From positions 3,840,001 through 3,904,000 of the forward strand of contig CBDCKW010000009.1 of NCBI GenBank assembly GCA_965218435.1: DNA of 64,000 bases. The letters run 5' to 3'. The position numbers and the translations under genes are program-made. Below, in pieces: positions 29,575 through 39,930 of the stretch. Numbering within the stretch: position 1 is the first letter of the stretch; every line of letters begins with the position of its first letter. This DNA comes from Truepera sp. (GTDB taxonomy: Bacteria > Deinococcota > Deinococci > Deinococcales > Trueperaceae). The notes beneath the pieces are model-generated. The model was not told the DNA's origin, did no database searches, and saw nothing but the letters and a program-made list of their open reading frames with translations.

Positions 29575-31785
29575 ATGGAGACGCTGACGTCGCCCTTACC
29601 CGAAGTACTAGACCACAAAACCAGCTATCTAAGTGTGCCCGATAAGGTGCGTTTAGGTGAAGCGTACCGCTTTGCCGAGGCAGCTCACACGGGTGTAACG
29701 CGCCGCTCCGGTGAACCTTTTATCACGCACCCCGTCGCGGTCACCGAAATTTTAGCCGACATGCGGCTCGACGCCGACGCGCTGATCGCCGGACTGTTGC
29801 ACGATACGGTCGAAGATACCGAGGTAACTTTTACTGAGGTTGAAGCGCAGTTTGGTGCGCCGGTACGCCGCATCGTCGAAGGCGAAACAAAGATCAGCAA
29901 GCTTAAAATGGCGCGTTTAGACGCCGGGTACGAAGAGGAGCAGGCGGAAAACTTGCGGCAGATGTTCCTGGCGATGGTCGGTGACGTGCGGATTATCCTG
30001 GTCAAATTCGCCGACCGGCTGCACAACATGCGTACCTTAGAGTTTATGCCGCCCGAAAAGCAAAAACGTATTGCCCGCGAGACCCTCGAGATTTTTGCGC
30101 CGCTCGCCCACCGCTTGGGTATCAACCACATCAAAAGCGAGTTGGAGGAACTCGGCTTTTTGTACCTCGAGCCCGACCGTTACCGCGCCTTGGAGCGTCA
30201 GGTCAGGTTGCGCCGCGCCGAGCGCGAAGCGTACGTCGCCCGCTCGATCCAGATGTTAGAAAACCGCTTGGCTCAGGAGGGACTTTCTTTTGAGATTGCC
30301 GGACGGAGCAAAGGCTTATACAGCGTTCACCAGAAGATTTTGCGTGACGCTAAGAATTTAGATCAAATCTTCGACCTGATGGCCATCCGGGTAGTGCTCT
30401 CCCCGACGACGCACCTGGGCCTCAGCTTAGAAGATGAGGAGAAGGCCGTGTGTTACCGTGCGCTCGGTATTATTCACTCGATCTGGACGCCCATACCGGG
30501 CCGCTTTAAGGATTATGTGGCGGTGCCTAAACCCAACGGCTATCAATCTTTACACACGACTGTGATCGGCTTGCAGGGGCAGCCTATCGAAGTGCAAATT
30601 CGTACCAAACGGATGCATGAAGTTGCCGAGTACGGTGTGGCCGCACACTGGGCGTACAAGCAGGGCTTAGGGGACGCGGCCTCTCCTGCCCTGCAGAGTC
30701 GCCTCACCTGGATGAAGCAGCTCGTTGACGTTGACGAGGGCTCAGAAAGTGCGGGCGCGTTTGTGGATACGGTGAAAACCGACCTCTTGTCCGAGCGCGT
30801 GCTGATCTTTACACCCGCCGGTGACATCGTGAACTTGCCGCTCGGCAGTACCCCGATCGACTTCGCCTATCACGTCCACACGCAAGTCGGGCACCGCTGT
30901 TCGGGTGCGCGGGTCAACGGTGAGATCGTGCCGCTGTCGTATGTGCTGCAGACCGGTGACCGCGTAGAAATTTTGACCAACCGGGGCGTCAACTACGGCC
31001 CGTCCCCCGACTGGCTCGGGATGGTCGTGACGAGGGGTGCAAAGCAGAAGATTCGGCACTACTTTAGGCAGCAAGAACGTGAAGGAATTTTAGATTCGGC
31101 CAAACGCACGTTGGAACGGGCGCTCCGCCGTAAACACCTGTCGGTCGCGCACTACACCGGCAAAAAGCTCGAGGTCGCCGCTCGCAAACTGATCAGCGCC
31201 GATTCGGTTGACGAGCTCTACCTGGCGCTGCACGCCAAACGGGTGACGCCTAAGCAGGTACTCTTGGAACTCCTGCCCGAAGCGCCCAAACCAACCTTAC
31301 CGGCGTTGCCGACGCCTAAACGCGGAACCGGCGGCATCTACTTAGACGGCCTCGACGCCCCCGCCAAACTCGCGCAGTGCTGCAGCCCGGTGCGCGGTGA
31401 TGAGGTGGTTGGGTACGTCACCCGGGGGCGCGGCGTCACCGTTCACCGCTGCGACTGCCCGAACGTCAAGCACCTGATGCGTAAAGAGGCTGAGCGCCTC
31501 GTCCATGTGACGTGGGACGTTTCGACCGGCGAGGTCTACCCGGTGGACTTCGAAGTGGTGGGCGTTGATCGTCCCGGGTTGTTGATGAACGTGCTCGACG
31601 TGATTGCCGGAATGAACAAGTCGGCCTCGAGAGTCACCGCCGACGTACAGGGCGGCGCAAACGCCCGGATTCACTTTCGTATCGACGTCAAAGACCAGAC
31701 CGAGGTAGATAGGGTCAAAGACGCGGTTTTGCGGATTGACGACGTGACGCGGATTTACCGCTCGAGGCCGGGGCTTAAAGCGTAA
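29575..31785 (+). CDS. rel: Bifunctional (p)ppGpp synthetase/hydrolase
   Basis: RRSGEPFITHP, LLHDTVED, ADRLHNMRTL, RFKDY, KPNGYQSLHT, TGS, CC and ACT domains. Confidence 0.97.
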   Translation: METLTSPLPEVLDHKTSYLSVPDKVRLGEAYRFAEAAHTGVTRRSGEPFITHPVAVTEILADMRLDADALIAGLLHDTVEDTEVTFTEVEAQFGAPVRRIVEGETKISKLKMARLDAGYEEEQAENLRQMFLAMVGDVRIILVKFADRLHNMRTLEFMPPEKQKRIARETLEIFAPLAHRLGINHIKSELEELGFLYLEPDRYRALERQVRLRRAEREAYVARSIQMLENRLAQEGLSFEIAGRSKGLYSVHQKILRDAKNLDQIFDLMAIRVVLSPTTHLGLSLEDEEKAVCYRALGIIHSIWTPIPGRFKDYVAVPKPNGYQSLHTTVIGLQGQPIEVQIRTKRMHEVAEYGVAAHWAYKQGLGDAASPALQSRLTWMKQLVDVDEGSESAGAFVDTVKTDLLSERVLIFTPAGDIVNLPLGSTPIDFAYHVHTQVGHRCSGARVNGEIVPLSYVLQTGDRVEILTNRGVNYGPSPDWLGMVVTRGAKQKIRHYFRQQEREGILDSAKRTLERALRRKHLSVAHYTGKKLEVAARKLISADSVDELYLALHAKRVTPKQVLLELLPEAPKPTLPALPTPKRGTGGIYLDGLDAPAKLAQCCSPVRGDEVVGYVTRGRGVTVHRCDCPNVKHLMRKEAERLVHVTWDVSTGEVYPVDFEVVGVDRPGLLMNVLDVIAGMNKSASRVTADVQGGANARIHFRIDVKDQTEVDRVKDAVLRIDDVTRIYRSRPGLKA

Positions 31786-31812
31786 TTTAATAGTGACTAA
31801 CAGGCTTTTAAC

Positions 31813-32600
31813 TAGAGGGCGTCATCAATTAAGCGAGCAGGATAACAGAAGCGGCTAGGTGAATAGCAGCGAGGAAGTTACGAGCGGTTTTGTCCTAACG
31901 GGTGGCGACAACACAAAAGTGTTTAAGCTTGAGAAAGAAGGGTTCAATGATGTCTGTCTTTGTTGCGTTCGGCGTCATAGCGGCGAGGCGTAAGCCACAT
32001 TGATTTGGGCGGGATAGCCGCTTTGATACCTCTCTAAGGACGTCAAGGACGCGTGCCTGGGCATCGTAGGCTTTGTCGGCGAGTAGATACTCAGCTTCGA
32101 CTGCTGGTAATAAGGCGTCAGCGCCTTGCAAGTCATGCGCTTGACCGGGGGTCAGGAAAAAGCCGGTCAGATCGTCACAGGTGGCGTGAATCTTCGTATT
32201 CAACCCACCCCGGCTGCGTCCAAGGGCTTGTGCACCCGCTTAAGCGCCAGCACTAGGCTGGTGAACCCGCACGATGGTTACGTCTATACCCTGCCGTTCG
32301 TTCCTCACTTGGGGCACTTTCATCGCGTACTCGTTATCTGCGTCAGCTACCAGTGCATCAAAGACCCGTTCCCGCACCCCGCTTTTGCCCAGCGACTATG
32401 ACGGATATGAACGACGCGAAAGTCACCGAAGCGTTCGGGTAGGTCACGCCAAGGAACACCGGCACGGTAACGATACAAAACCGCTTCAACAAACAAACGG
32501 TTAGCCTTGGCAGTTACCCCGACCGTACCCTCTCGTCCTGGTAAAAGCTCTTCTATTCGTTCCCCTGGGTCATCGCGCTAAACGGACTCGCTGCAGCCTA
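31813..32600 (-). pseudogene. Decayed IS5-family (IS427-like, two-ORF) transposase
   Basis: Reverse-strand fragments NRLFVEAVLYRYRAGVPWRDLPERFG, GRSRGGLNTKIHA, LADKAYD, DKTARNFLAAIHL, with stops and frameshifts. Confidence 0.85.
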
Positions 32601-32888
32601 ACAAGAAGCAGTGTGGAACTCGAGTTACGCAAACTCAGCTAAACTGTACGCTTAAACCATACGCTTACAGCAGTCAGCTGGTTTGAGACGCTCTCAGAAA
32701 AAGTATCGTTCCTGCAGAGAACTTCGTACATGAGCATGCACATTCTGGGATGGTGGCTACGGCGAAACCGTGCCGTACGACGTGAAAACTGCGTTTGGCA
32801 GCTACCGGCCTAGTCGCGCTACTTATGGCGTGCAGCCAAAACCGTATAAATCTTTAGGCGAAACGTTTTACAGTTTGGTAACTCATCA

Positions 32889-33971
32889 TCAGATGCCGAC
32901 GGCTCGCTGCCAGAACCAAAAGCTACCCGCTATCACTACAACACAGGCAGTGCTCGTCAACAGACCCTGGGTCAGCCGGGGTGGGGCGTAGCGGCGCAAC
33001 GTTGACAGTAAAGGTGCGGCCAGCAGAATGACGGCGACTTGACCGACTTCCACGCCGACGTTAAAGGCGGCTAGCGACCAGGCCAGCGCCCGCTGGGGCA
33101 GCTCAAGGTCTACCAAAACGCTGGCGAACCCGAATCCGTGAACCAGGCCGAACGCAAACGCGAACAGCACCCGCGGGTCTCGGCCTGCGCTGAGGGTCCG
33201 GGTGCGCCGCAGTTGTCTCAGGTCGTGGAGTCCCACGACCACGATGCTCAGAGCGATCATGCTCTCTACCAGTCGAGAGGGCAGCTGCACGAGGCTTAGT
33301 GTCGCCAGCGTCAGCGTAATGCTATGGGCCACGGTAAAAGCCGTGATGACTCTAAACTGGGACGCTAATTTGCCACCCAGCAGAATCAGCGCCAGCACGA
33401 AGAGGATGTGATCTGGCCCGATAAAGATGTGGTGGACGCCCTCGCGCACAAAAGCGATGATGACCGACCCCAGCGGGCGCTCCGGCGTACGAAGGGCGAA
33501 TGAGGCGTTTTGTCGGTCCAACGCGTATTGTCCAACCAGCGCGTCGGCGCGGAATACGTTGACGAAAACTTTGTGTAGGGCGTCTTCTGGAAAAAGGTTT
33601 GCCCGAACGTTCAAGGTGCCGGATACGGGCGACGCAGTGATATTCAGGTTCACCTCCTCACCCGTGGCCCGGACGCCCTCTACTGTGAGCGAAAGCGGTT
33701 TACCCCCGGACACAAGCTGTAAACGAGTCGTTAGGAGCGCCTCGAGCGCGGTCTGAACACCCTCGGGCAGCGGGTCGTCACGCAACGTTTGCGCCGTAGT
33801 CCCGATAGGTAGAGGCGAGGGTTGTTCGTGAAGCAGCGCCGCCACCGGAAGTTGCACTATGATCTCTGTTGCGCTGGGCTCGAGCCGTACGTCCACCCGA
33901 CTGAACGTAAGCTGGTGCGCACCGGCCCAGCTGCAGATGAGCAGTAAGGCGAGCGTTTTGGGACGCTTCAC
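32889..33971 (-). CDS. HupE/UreJ-family membrane protein with N-terminal exported domain
   Basis: AH after signal peptide; GVHHIFIGPDHILF, TAFTVAHSITL, FGLVHGFGFA, FNVGVEVGQ. Confidence 0.88.
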   Translation of the reverse strand: MKRPKTLALLLICSWAGAHQLTFSRVDVRLEPSATEIIVQLPVAALLHEQPSPLPIGTTAQTLRDDPLPEGVQTALEALLTTRLQLVSGGKPLSLTVEGVRATGEEVNLNITASPVSGTLNVRANLFPEDALHKVFVNVFRADALVGQYALDRQNASFALRTPERPLGSVIIAFVREGVHHIFIGPDHILFVLALILLGGKLASQFRVITAFTVAHSITLTLATLSLVQLPSRLVESMIALSIVVVGLHDLRQLRRTRTLSAGRDPRVLFAFAFGLVHGFGFASVLVDLELPQRALAWSLAAFNVGVEVGQVAVILLAAPLLSTLRRYAPPRLTQGLLTSTACVVVIAGSFWFWQRAVGI

Positions 33972-34504
33972 GGGCGAGTGACCTGATACGTCACGGTAAG
34001 CTGCCGACCATCGTCGCTACGCCCTTGGTCTGTAACCTGAAGCTGCCAGTCCGCCGTAGGTTGCAAAAAGATATTAGCCGTCCACTGGCTTTTGACCGGC
34101 TGATAGCGGTTCTGATAACTCAGGGTCTGCTCACCCAGTTCGCTCGGACACTCGGCTGTGGCGTAAATCTTGAGCGTGTCGTTGCCGAAGAGATTTTGGT
34201 AAGTGGGGACTATCACTTCAGCCAACTCCCAAGGGACGGTCGCGCCGCTCAACGTGAGGGTAGATTGCTCCAGCACCCCCTGGGCGTAGGCTCGAGCTTC
34301 GGGGTCTGTAACGGTTTGGTCGGCATTGACATCGAGGGTCCCCAGCACCGCGCCCGCCACCTGGGTTCCAAGGGTCAAATCCAGCTCGAGTTTTACTACG
34401 CCCGGCGCGAGTGTCAGGTACGCGCCCTGCACTACCTCATCTACCGGATGGGCCTGTCCGAAGCAGAGCAAAAGGGGGAGTAACGTCCCGGCAAGCCTTT
34501 TCAC
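33968..34504 (-). CDS. Exported hypothetical protein
   Basis: Signal peptide ending in AHP; DVNADQTVTDPE EF-hand-like loop; coupled to the HupE gene. Confidence 0.6.
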   Translation of the reverse strand: MKRLAGTLLPLLLCFGQAHPVDEVVQGAYLTLAPGVVKLELDLTLGTQVAGAVLGTLDVNADQTVTDPEARAYAQGVLEQSTLTLSGATVPWELAEVIVPTYQNLFGNDTLKIYATAECPSELGEQTLSYQNRYQPVKSQWTANIFLQPTADWQLQVTDQGRSDDGRQLTVTYQVTRP

Positions 34505-34513
34505 GTCACCGCC

Positions 34514-35737
34514 TCACTTCGTCCAAGCCGCGCCGTAGTCGTTGGTCGGGTCACGGTACAAAGAGTGGAGATGGTTTGCGGGGTCATTTCCCAGGGTTTG
34601 CGGGGAGAATTCAATGATTACGCTCGGTCCGGTTACGCGGTAGTAAGCCGCGCTGCCTGCGCTGGTTGGACCATACCAGGCGAAATACGTCTCGTTCAGA
34701 TTTTTCTCGATCACTTTCAGCTTGGGGGCCAGCGCCTCGGCGTTGAGGGCACCTAAACGGTCTTCCACAAGGGCCAAGAGCTGCGTTTTCTGCGCGGCGC
34801 TCATCGCACTGCCGGGAAGCCCTTCGGGTTGTAGGGTCTGGTTGTCGTGTCCCGGCCCTAAGACGAGGTCAATTCGCTGCGTGCTAATAACAGCTCTGCT
34901 GCGCTGTTCAGCGTTGAGACTACCCAGCATTGCAAACGCGTCCTTCATCTCCCGCGGTACCTGGGGGACGACCATAAAGGTCTTGCCCATGACGGTAGCC
35001 CTGATCGGTTCGCCTCCGGTCAGGCTGGGCGCAAGGGTGAGGTTCGGCCCGACCACCGTCGCATTGATCCCCAGGTGGTGTCCGCCGTACTGGAGCGTCC
35101 AAGGCGAGGTGGTGGACGGCGTGCCGACAAAGGACACGGAGTAGTAATCGCTGCCGAAGTTTGTCTGTGGGAGGGAGCCGCCAGGCCCGCCACTTCCAGA
35201 CCCGGCATCACGGGGTCCGCCAGCGGGAGGTCGTCCGCCGCCGGGGGGACCCGCCGGGGGTAGATCGTTACTAAAGGCCAAGGCCGCAGCGGAAGGCGGC
35301 ACGTTGAGCGTCCCACCGGTAGCTTTCCAGACATCGTCCGCGTTCATCTGATTTTTGACCATCTCGAGGCCGTCCGTACTCAGCACGGTGCCGAGCAACT
35401 CCATCAGCGCACCGCGCTGCTCCGCATTCAGTTCACCCCAGCGCACGCCTGCTCGGTTGAAGAATCCTTCGGGGAGGGGCGACCAGTGGGCACGTTGCGC
35501 GTCGTCCGTCCAGTCGAACAGCACGGCTTTCTTCTGGGCGTCGCTCAGGGTGGCGAGAAATGTGTTGGCGGCGGCGACGACTTTTGTGGTTTGATTCGCG
35601 CTCCGGCTGTCGGTGGCGGTTGAGGCAGTTACAGAGGCGGGTGCCTTTGCTCCCTCTACCGAGGCCAAGGAGAAGCTGCACAGCGAAACACTGCAAAGGG
35701 CAATCAACAAACCCGAGAGACTTTTGGTTACCTTCAT
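34514..35737 (-). CDS. DUF3500-family exported protein
   Basis: Signal peptide; W-x-LQYGGHHLGIN, YFAWYG, YYRVTGP, NHLHSLYRDPTNDYG. Confidence 0.85.
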   Translation of the reverse strand: MKVTKSLSGLLIALCSVSLCSFSLASVEGAKAPASVTASTATDSRSANQTTKVVAAANTFLATLSDAQKKAVLFDWTDDAQRAHWSPLPEGFFNRAGVRWGELNAEQRGALMELLGTVLSTDGLEMVKNQMNADDVWKATGGTLNVPPSAAALAFSNDLPPAGPPGGGRPPAGGPRDAGSGSGGPGGSLPQTNFGSDYYSVSFVGTPSTTSPWTLQYGGHHLGINATVVGPNLTLAPSLTGGEPIRATVMGKTFMVVPQVPREMKDAFAMLGSLNAEQRSRAVISTQRIDLVLGPGHDNQTLQPEGLPGSAMSAAQKTQLLALVEDRLGALNAEALAPKLKVIEKNLNETYFAWYGPTSAGSAAYYRVTGPSVIIEFSPQTLGNDPANHLHSLYRDPTNDYGAAWTK

Positions 35738-35904
35738 AAGCAAACCTTCTTTCAGTGCATTGGGCGTGAGCTGTTCAGATACGGCTGAAAACCACTAAAG
35801 ACTCAGAGCGTTCCTTTTTGGTTTGTAGCTTCTGCTGGTAGCGCCGCGTTACCGCGTGAGTTTGGCTCGAGCCAGCTAATTTAGTTCCCCTATTTAGCGG
35901 TGTG

Positions 35905-36369
35905 TTAAGGCGACCCTAGCAGCGGGTTAATTCCATCTACATTGGTGCCGTACTCGTAAACCAAGTTGCCGCCTGTGCCGCCTAGGACAACGAGCCAAAC
36001 AATGCCGATACCGGCGATGGCGAGGTAGTAGGGTTTGGACCCGACATCATTACCTTTGCGCCGCGACCTGTAGCGCCAAGTCAGTAGCCCGAGGGTCAGT
36101 GCTGAGCCGATGAGCCCCAACAGCTGATGCTGCTCGATAACGCCTGCAAGCGTCGTGTCTTCGTAGGGAACGTGTGAGATGAGTCCGGTGACAACGGCGG
36201 GTAAGGTGGCGAAACCGCCTACCACGAGGAGCAGCCAGGAGGCGGCGTTGAGCCTCTCGTTACGCTGCCAAAACAAACTTAAGGTAAAGCTTAGAACCAG
36301 CAGCGCAATAGGAAAGTGGACGATGATGGGATGTAGGTCACGTTGCAAATTTCCGAGGAAGTCGAACAT
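35905..36369 (-). CDS. DUF2231-family membrane protein
   Basis: LHPIIVHFPIAL, conserved His, GGNLVYEYG; AAGGAG RBS before ATG 36369. Confidence 0.82.
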   Translation of the reverse strand: MFDFLGNLQRDLHPIIVHFPIALLVLSFTLSLFWQRNERLNAASWLLLVVGGFATLPAVVTGLISHVPYEDTTLAGVIEQHQLLGLIGSALTLGLLTWRYRSRRKGNDVGSKPYYLAIAGIGIVWLVVLGGTGGNLVYEYGTNVDGINPLLGSP

Positions 36370-36484
36370 AAGCGGCACTCCTTGCAGGCTTGGTCTCGAG
36401 TCCGGCTTTAAGCCGAGGTTGCTGATGCTGGGAACTGGATTTGCTTCATGAGACAGTCTAGGTGAACACGCTTGGGCTGTCCGA

Positions 36485-37225
36485 TCAGCTGTCCTCGAGG
36501 GCAGCTTCAGCCCCGGGCGCAACGGCTCTGAGGGTCGTGCGCAGGCGGCTGAGGTCGTAGCCTTGGCCTATAACGCCAAACACGAGCGGAAAGACGTGCA
36601 CGTAATGTTCGGCGAGGCGCTCGGCGGCCTCTTCAGCGTCGTTCGCGGCGGCGGCCTCGAGGATTGCCCGATGTTCGGCGCGCCGCTCGGCGAAGTTTTC
36701 GGCCGCGGTGAAACGCAAGCGGTAGCGTTCTACGTGGTCGGTCAACTCAGCAATTTCGGCGCTTATCCGGGTTCCGGCAGCGGCGATGAGGGTGTGATGA
36801 AACGCCCTATGGGGTTTTCCCAAGCCGGGCTGATCACCGACTTTCTGGTAGTGCTCCATCTGCGCCAGGTAGCCCTCGAGCGCGGCCACGTCGCCCGAGG
36901 TCAGCCGCGGCACCGTGATGCGAACCGCAACGGTCTCGAGCGCCAAACGTGCCACCGAAACCTGCTCAAAATCCTCAGCCGATAGGCTGGCGATCCGCAT
37001 CTGCTGGTTGGGGGCAGCGATGACCAGCCCTTCACGTTGCAGCATCCGCAGCGCCTCTCTAATCGGGGTGCGCCCAGCACCGAAAGCCTGCGCGAGTTGA
37101 GCCTGCGAGACGCTGCTACCGGGCTCGAGTTCACTGTGCAGGATCGCGGTTCTCAGGGCGTCGTGTACCGTAGCGACGTTCTGGCCGTCGCGGAGCTTAG
37201 GCGTTAGTGTGTCCAACTTCATCAC
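36485..37225 (-). CDS. GntR/FadR (FCD) regulator
   Basis: LEPG...GRTPIREALRMLQREGLV HTH; HRAFH, EHRAIL and H of the FCD domain. Confidence 0.9.
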   Translation of the reverse strand: MMKLDTLTPKLRDGQNVATVHDALRTAILHSELEPGSSVSQAQLAQAFGAGRTPIREALRMLQREGLVIAAPNQQMRIASLSAEDFEQVSVARLALETVAVRITVPRLTSGDVAALEGYLAQMEHYQKVGDQPGLGKPHRAFHHTLIAAAGTRISAEIAELTDHVERYRLRFTAAENFAERRAEHRAILEAAAANDAEEAAERLAEHYVHVFPLVFGVIGQGYDLSRLRTTLRAVAPGAEAALEDS

Positions 37226-37273
37226 CTGGCATCAACCTCGCTATATCTTTCGGTAAGCTGCAAAACTGCACTG

Positions 37274-37732
37274 TCATGAGCCGTCAGCCGGTACGGTCGC
37301 GTAGCGCAGCATCACCTCGAGGTTTGCTTCCGGGGTAAACCGACCCTCGGCGCTCAGACGTGCGAGTTCGCGGAAATAGTCCACATAGTAAGCCGGTGTG
37401 AAAGTGCTGAAGAACGCAACCGGCGCATCGGATACGTTGGCGAAGGTGTGCACCGCTCCAGTCGGAACGACGACGTAGTCACCGATTTTGGCATCTAAGT
37501 AGGTATCGCCAAGGAGAAATCTGAGGACACCCGCGGTGACAAGAAACGTCTCATCGTGCATGAAGTGGCGGTGTAGCGGCGGCCCGGAAACGCCGGCAGG
37601 CAACACTGAGGCGACCGCACCGATACGGTTGTCGGTGCGTGAGCCGTCCTCGAGGACGTGGATGCGGGTTGGACCCACCTCAAGCAGCTCGCCTGAATCT
37701 TTAGTAACTAGCTTTACGTGTGACATGATCAA
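37274..37732 (-). CDS. Cupin domain protein
   Basis: PPLHRHFMHDETF and VPTGAVHTF. Confidence 0.88.
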   Translation of the reverse strand: MIMSHVKLVTKDSGELLEVGPTRIHVLEDGSRTDNRIGAVASVLPAGVSGPPLHRHFMHDETFLVTAGVLRFLLGDTYLDAKIGDYVVVPTGAVHTFANVSDAPVAFFSTFTPAYYVDYFRELARLSAEGRFTPEANLEVMLRYATVPADGS

Positions 37733-37847
37733 CCTCCCTATATGGTGAGGGTCGTGGGACGGCGGTTCGGGTGCGGGCGTAACCCGCTCTCCTGGCCGCA
37801 GCTCAACTTCCCTCAGAGCTGTAGCTATCGTCTAGGTCCTGCAAAAG

Positions 37848-38759
37848 TTACTGGGCGAGAAACGTCTGTACGCCGGTCGCTACTCGCCACGGTTCGGACG
37901 TGTCCCAGTCGGGGTAGCGCGCTTTGAGTTGCGGCGCGAGCGTCCCGATGATCGCGTCTGCCTCGTGACCCTCAGCGGCGAGTCGCTTGGTCTCTGAACG
38001 TAACAGGGTTAGATATTCGTGCGTGGTTGTAAGAAGCTCGGTATCGCCGAGTTCGCCGTGACCGGGGACGACGAGGTTCGGCTCGAGGCGCTGTAATTCT
38101 TCGATGACCGTAATCCAATGGTTGCCGTCAACGTCCACGTCGTAAGGTGGGACAAACGGAAAGATCGGATAAAAACGGTTTTCGACGAGATCACCGGTAA
38201 AGAGGACGCGTTCGTTCGGCAAGAAGATAACCTGGTCGCCGCGTGAGTGCGCCGGGGCCATCGTTCGCAGCTGCACCGTTTTGCCGCCGAGGTCGAGGTC
38301 GGCACCGCCGCCATAGACGATATGTGGGTCGATAAACTTGACGTCCTCGAGTTCTTTTGCGACTGTGCCACCAAAGCTGCGGAACTGCTCTAAGTAGCCC
38401 TCCGCCTTCTGGCGGAACTCTTCGTGCTGGGCGCGGTTGTAGAGGACCGTCGTGTCCCGAAACGCCTGAGCGCCGAAGCCGTGTTCGGGATGAAAATGCG
38501 TGAGGGTCAGGAATAGAAGTCGGTCTCCTGCCAAGTCTTTAGCGATCTGGTGAACGATGTTACCGCTCCGCAGCCCCAAGCCGGTCTCGACGACAAGCGC
38601 GGCGCGGTCGCCCACGATCACACCGACGTTCGGGACGAGCGGCACGCGGCCGTCGGGAATGACGAACACGCCGTCGGCAACCTCTACAGGTTTTCCCTGA
38701 ACGATAGGGGGTGGGGCAGCCGTGTCTATGCCAAAATTTGCGGTTTCAGGGTTACTCAT
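37848..38759 (-). CDS. MBL-fold metallohydrolase
   Basis: THFHPEH, AHSRGD, FTGDL, VPGHG. Confidence 0.88.
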   Translation of the reverse strand: MSNPETANFGIDTAAPPPIVQGKPVEVADGVFVIPDGRVPLVPNVGVIVGDRAALVVETGLGLRSGNIVHQIAKDLAGDRLLFLTLTHFHPEHGFGAQAFRDTTVLYNRAQHEEFRQKAEGYLEQFRSFGGTVAKELEDVKFIDPHIVYGGGADLDLGGKTVQLRTMAPAHSRGDQVIFLPNERVLFTGDLVENRFYPIFPFVPPYDVDVDGNHWITVIEELQRLEPNLVVPGHGELGDTELLTTTHEYLTLLRSETKRLAAEGHEADAIIGTLAPQLKARYPDWDTSEPWRVATGVQTFLAQ

Positions 38760-38846
38760 TAGGGTCTCCTTTTTCTGGGGATTGGTTTTTGGGTCTCGAG
38801 GGACAAAGCGCGTTGCGTACAGCGCGTGTGACGGATGGGCGTGGGT

Positions 38847-39884
38847 TTACTTAAGGGTCAACGCCAGCGTGTCTGCCAGCGCGCCACCGCCGCAACCCAG
38901 TGCCCCGCCTGAGAAATAGGCCACGCCGTTCACGGTTGCTGCGCCGAACGCGTGACGCCCCTGCGGTAAAGGCGTGAGCGTCGCCCAACTATCAGTCTTG
39001 GGATTGTACGCAGTAACGTCCGTGAAGGTAGTTTCAGTACCTGCCGCTTCGTCCTGCTTGCATTCCCCACCCGCGAAGAGAATTTGACCGTTCAGCACCG
39101 TGGCAGCACCAGACGAACGCGGAACCGGCAGCGGCGCGGCGGAAGTCCACGTATCGGTCATAGGATCGTAAACATCATGACGGTCTACGTTATCCACGGT
39201 ATCCCTGGTACGACCACCAAACACGTGCACCTTGCCGCCTAACACAGCAATGCCGAGATGGTCGCGACCAGGGCCGGGCAGCGGCGCACCTTGCGACCAC
39301 TTGCTGGTTGCCGGGTCATAGATTTGGTGTGTCGTGACCGTGCCGAAGCCCTGATAAAACTCCGGCGCACCGGGTGGTGTTGGGATTTGGACGACCTCGT
39401 CAGAAATCCGGCCGCCGAAGATATGAAGCTTGCCGTCCACTGCCGCAGCCGCTACCGAGCCGCGTGCGCTTGAAATGTCCGCAAGCTTGCCCCAGGTGTC
39501 GGTCTTGGGGTCGTAGACGAAGGCTGACGTTTGGGGGTCTAAATGGATGATATGGCGAAACCCGCCGATGGCGTAGAGCTTGCCGCCCAGCGCTGCGACC
39601 CCTACATGGGTCAGTCCTTGCGGCAGAGGTGCACGCTTGGTCCAGGTGTTCTTAGACGGGTTATACATCAAGTTCTGCGTAGAGTCGTAGGTTGCCTGAG
39701 CCTTCCCTTGCTGCTCGGTGCCGCCAATCACGTAGATGTTGCCGCCCAACTCCGCGACGCCCACTTCGGCCACGCTTTGGGGGAGGGCCGCCTTGGGCGT
39801 CCAGTTACTTTGCGGTGCCGACACGCCTGCTGAACACCCCATCAAGGCTGAGGTGAGGGCTATAGCTACAATGTTTCGGATCAT
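38847..39884 (-). CDS. Kelch-repeat beta-propeller lipoprotein
   Basis: Lipobox LMGC; repeated GG...YDP...W Kelch units. Confidence 0.88.
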   Translation of the reverse strand: MIRNIVAIALTSALMGCSAGVSAPQSNWTPKAALPQSVAEVGVAELGGNIYVIGGTEQQGKAQATYDSTQNLMYNPSKNTWTKRAPLPQGLTHVGVAALGGKLYAIGGFRHIIHLDPQTSAFVYDPKTDTWGKLADISSARGSVAAAAVDGKLHIFGGRISDEVVQIPTPPGAPEFYQGFGTVTTHQIYDPATSKWSQGAPLPGPGRDHLGIAVLGGKVHVFGGRTRDTVDNVDRHDVYDPMTDTWTSAAPLPVPRSSGAATVLNGQILFAGGECKQDEAAGTETTFTDVTAYNPKTDSWATLTPLPQGRHAFGAATVNGVAYFSGGALGCGGGALADTLALTLK

Positions 39885-39930
39885 GGTGTTCTCCTTTTTC
39901 TGGTGCGTTGGTGTTGTGCTGATTGAATCT

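Noticed and set aside
32750..32860. Lipoprotein signal-peptide-like stub (KLRLAATGLVALLMACSQ)
   Set aside because: No in-frame start and an immediate stop; at most an unidentifiable relic
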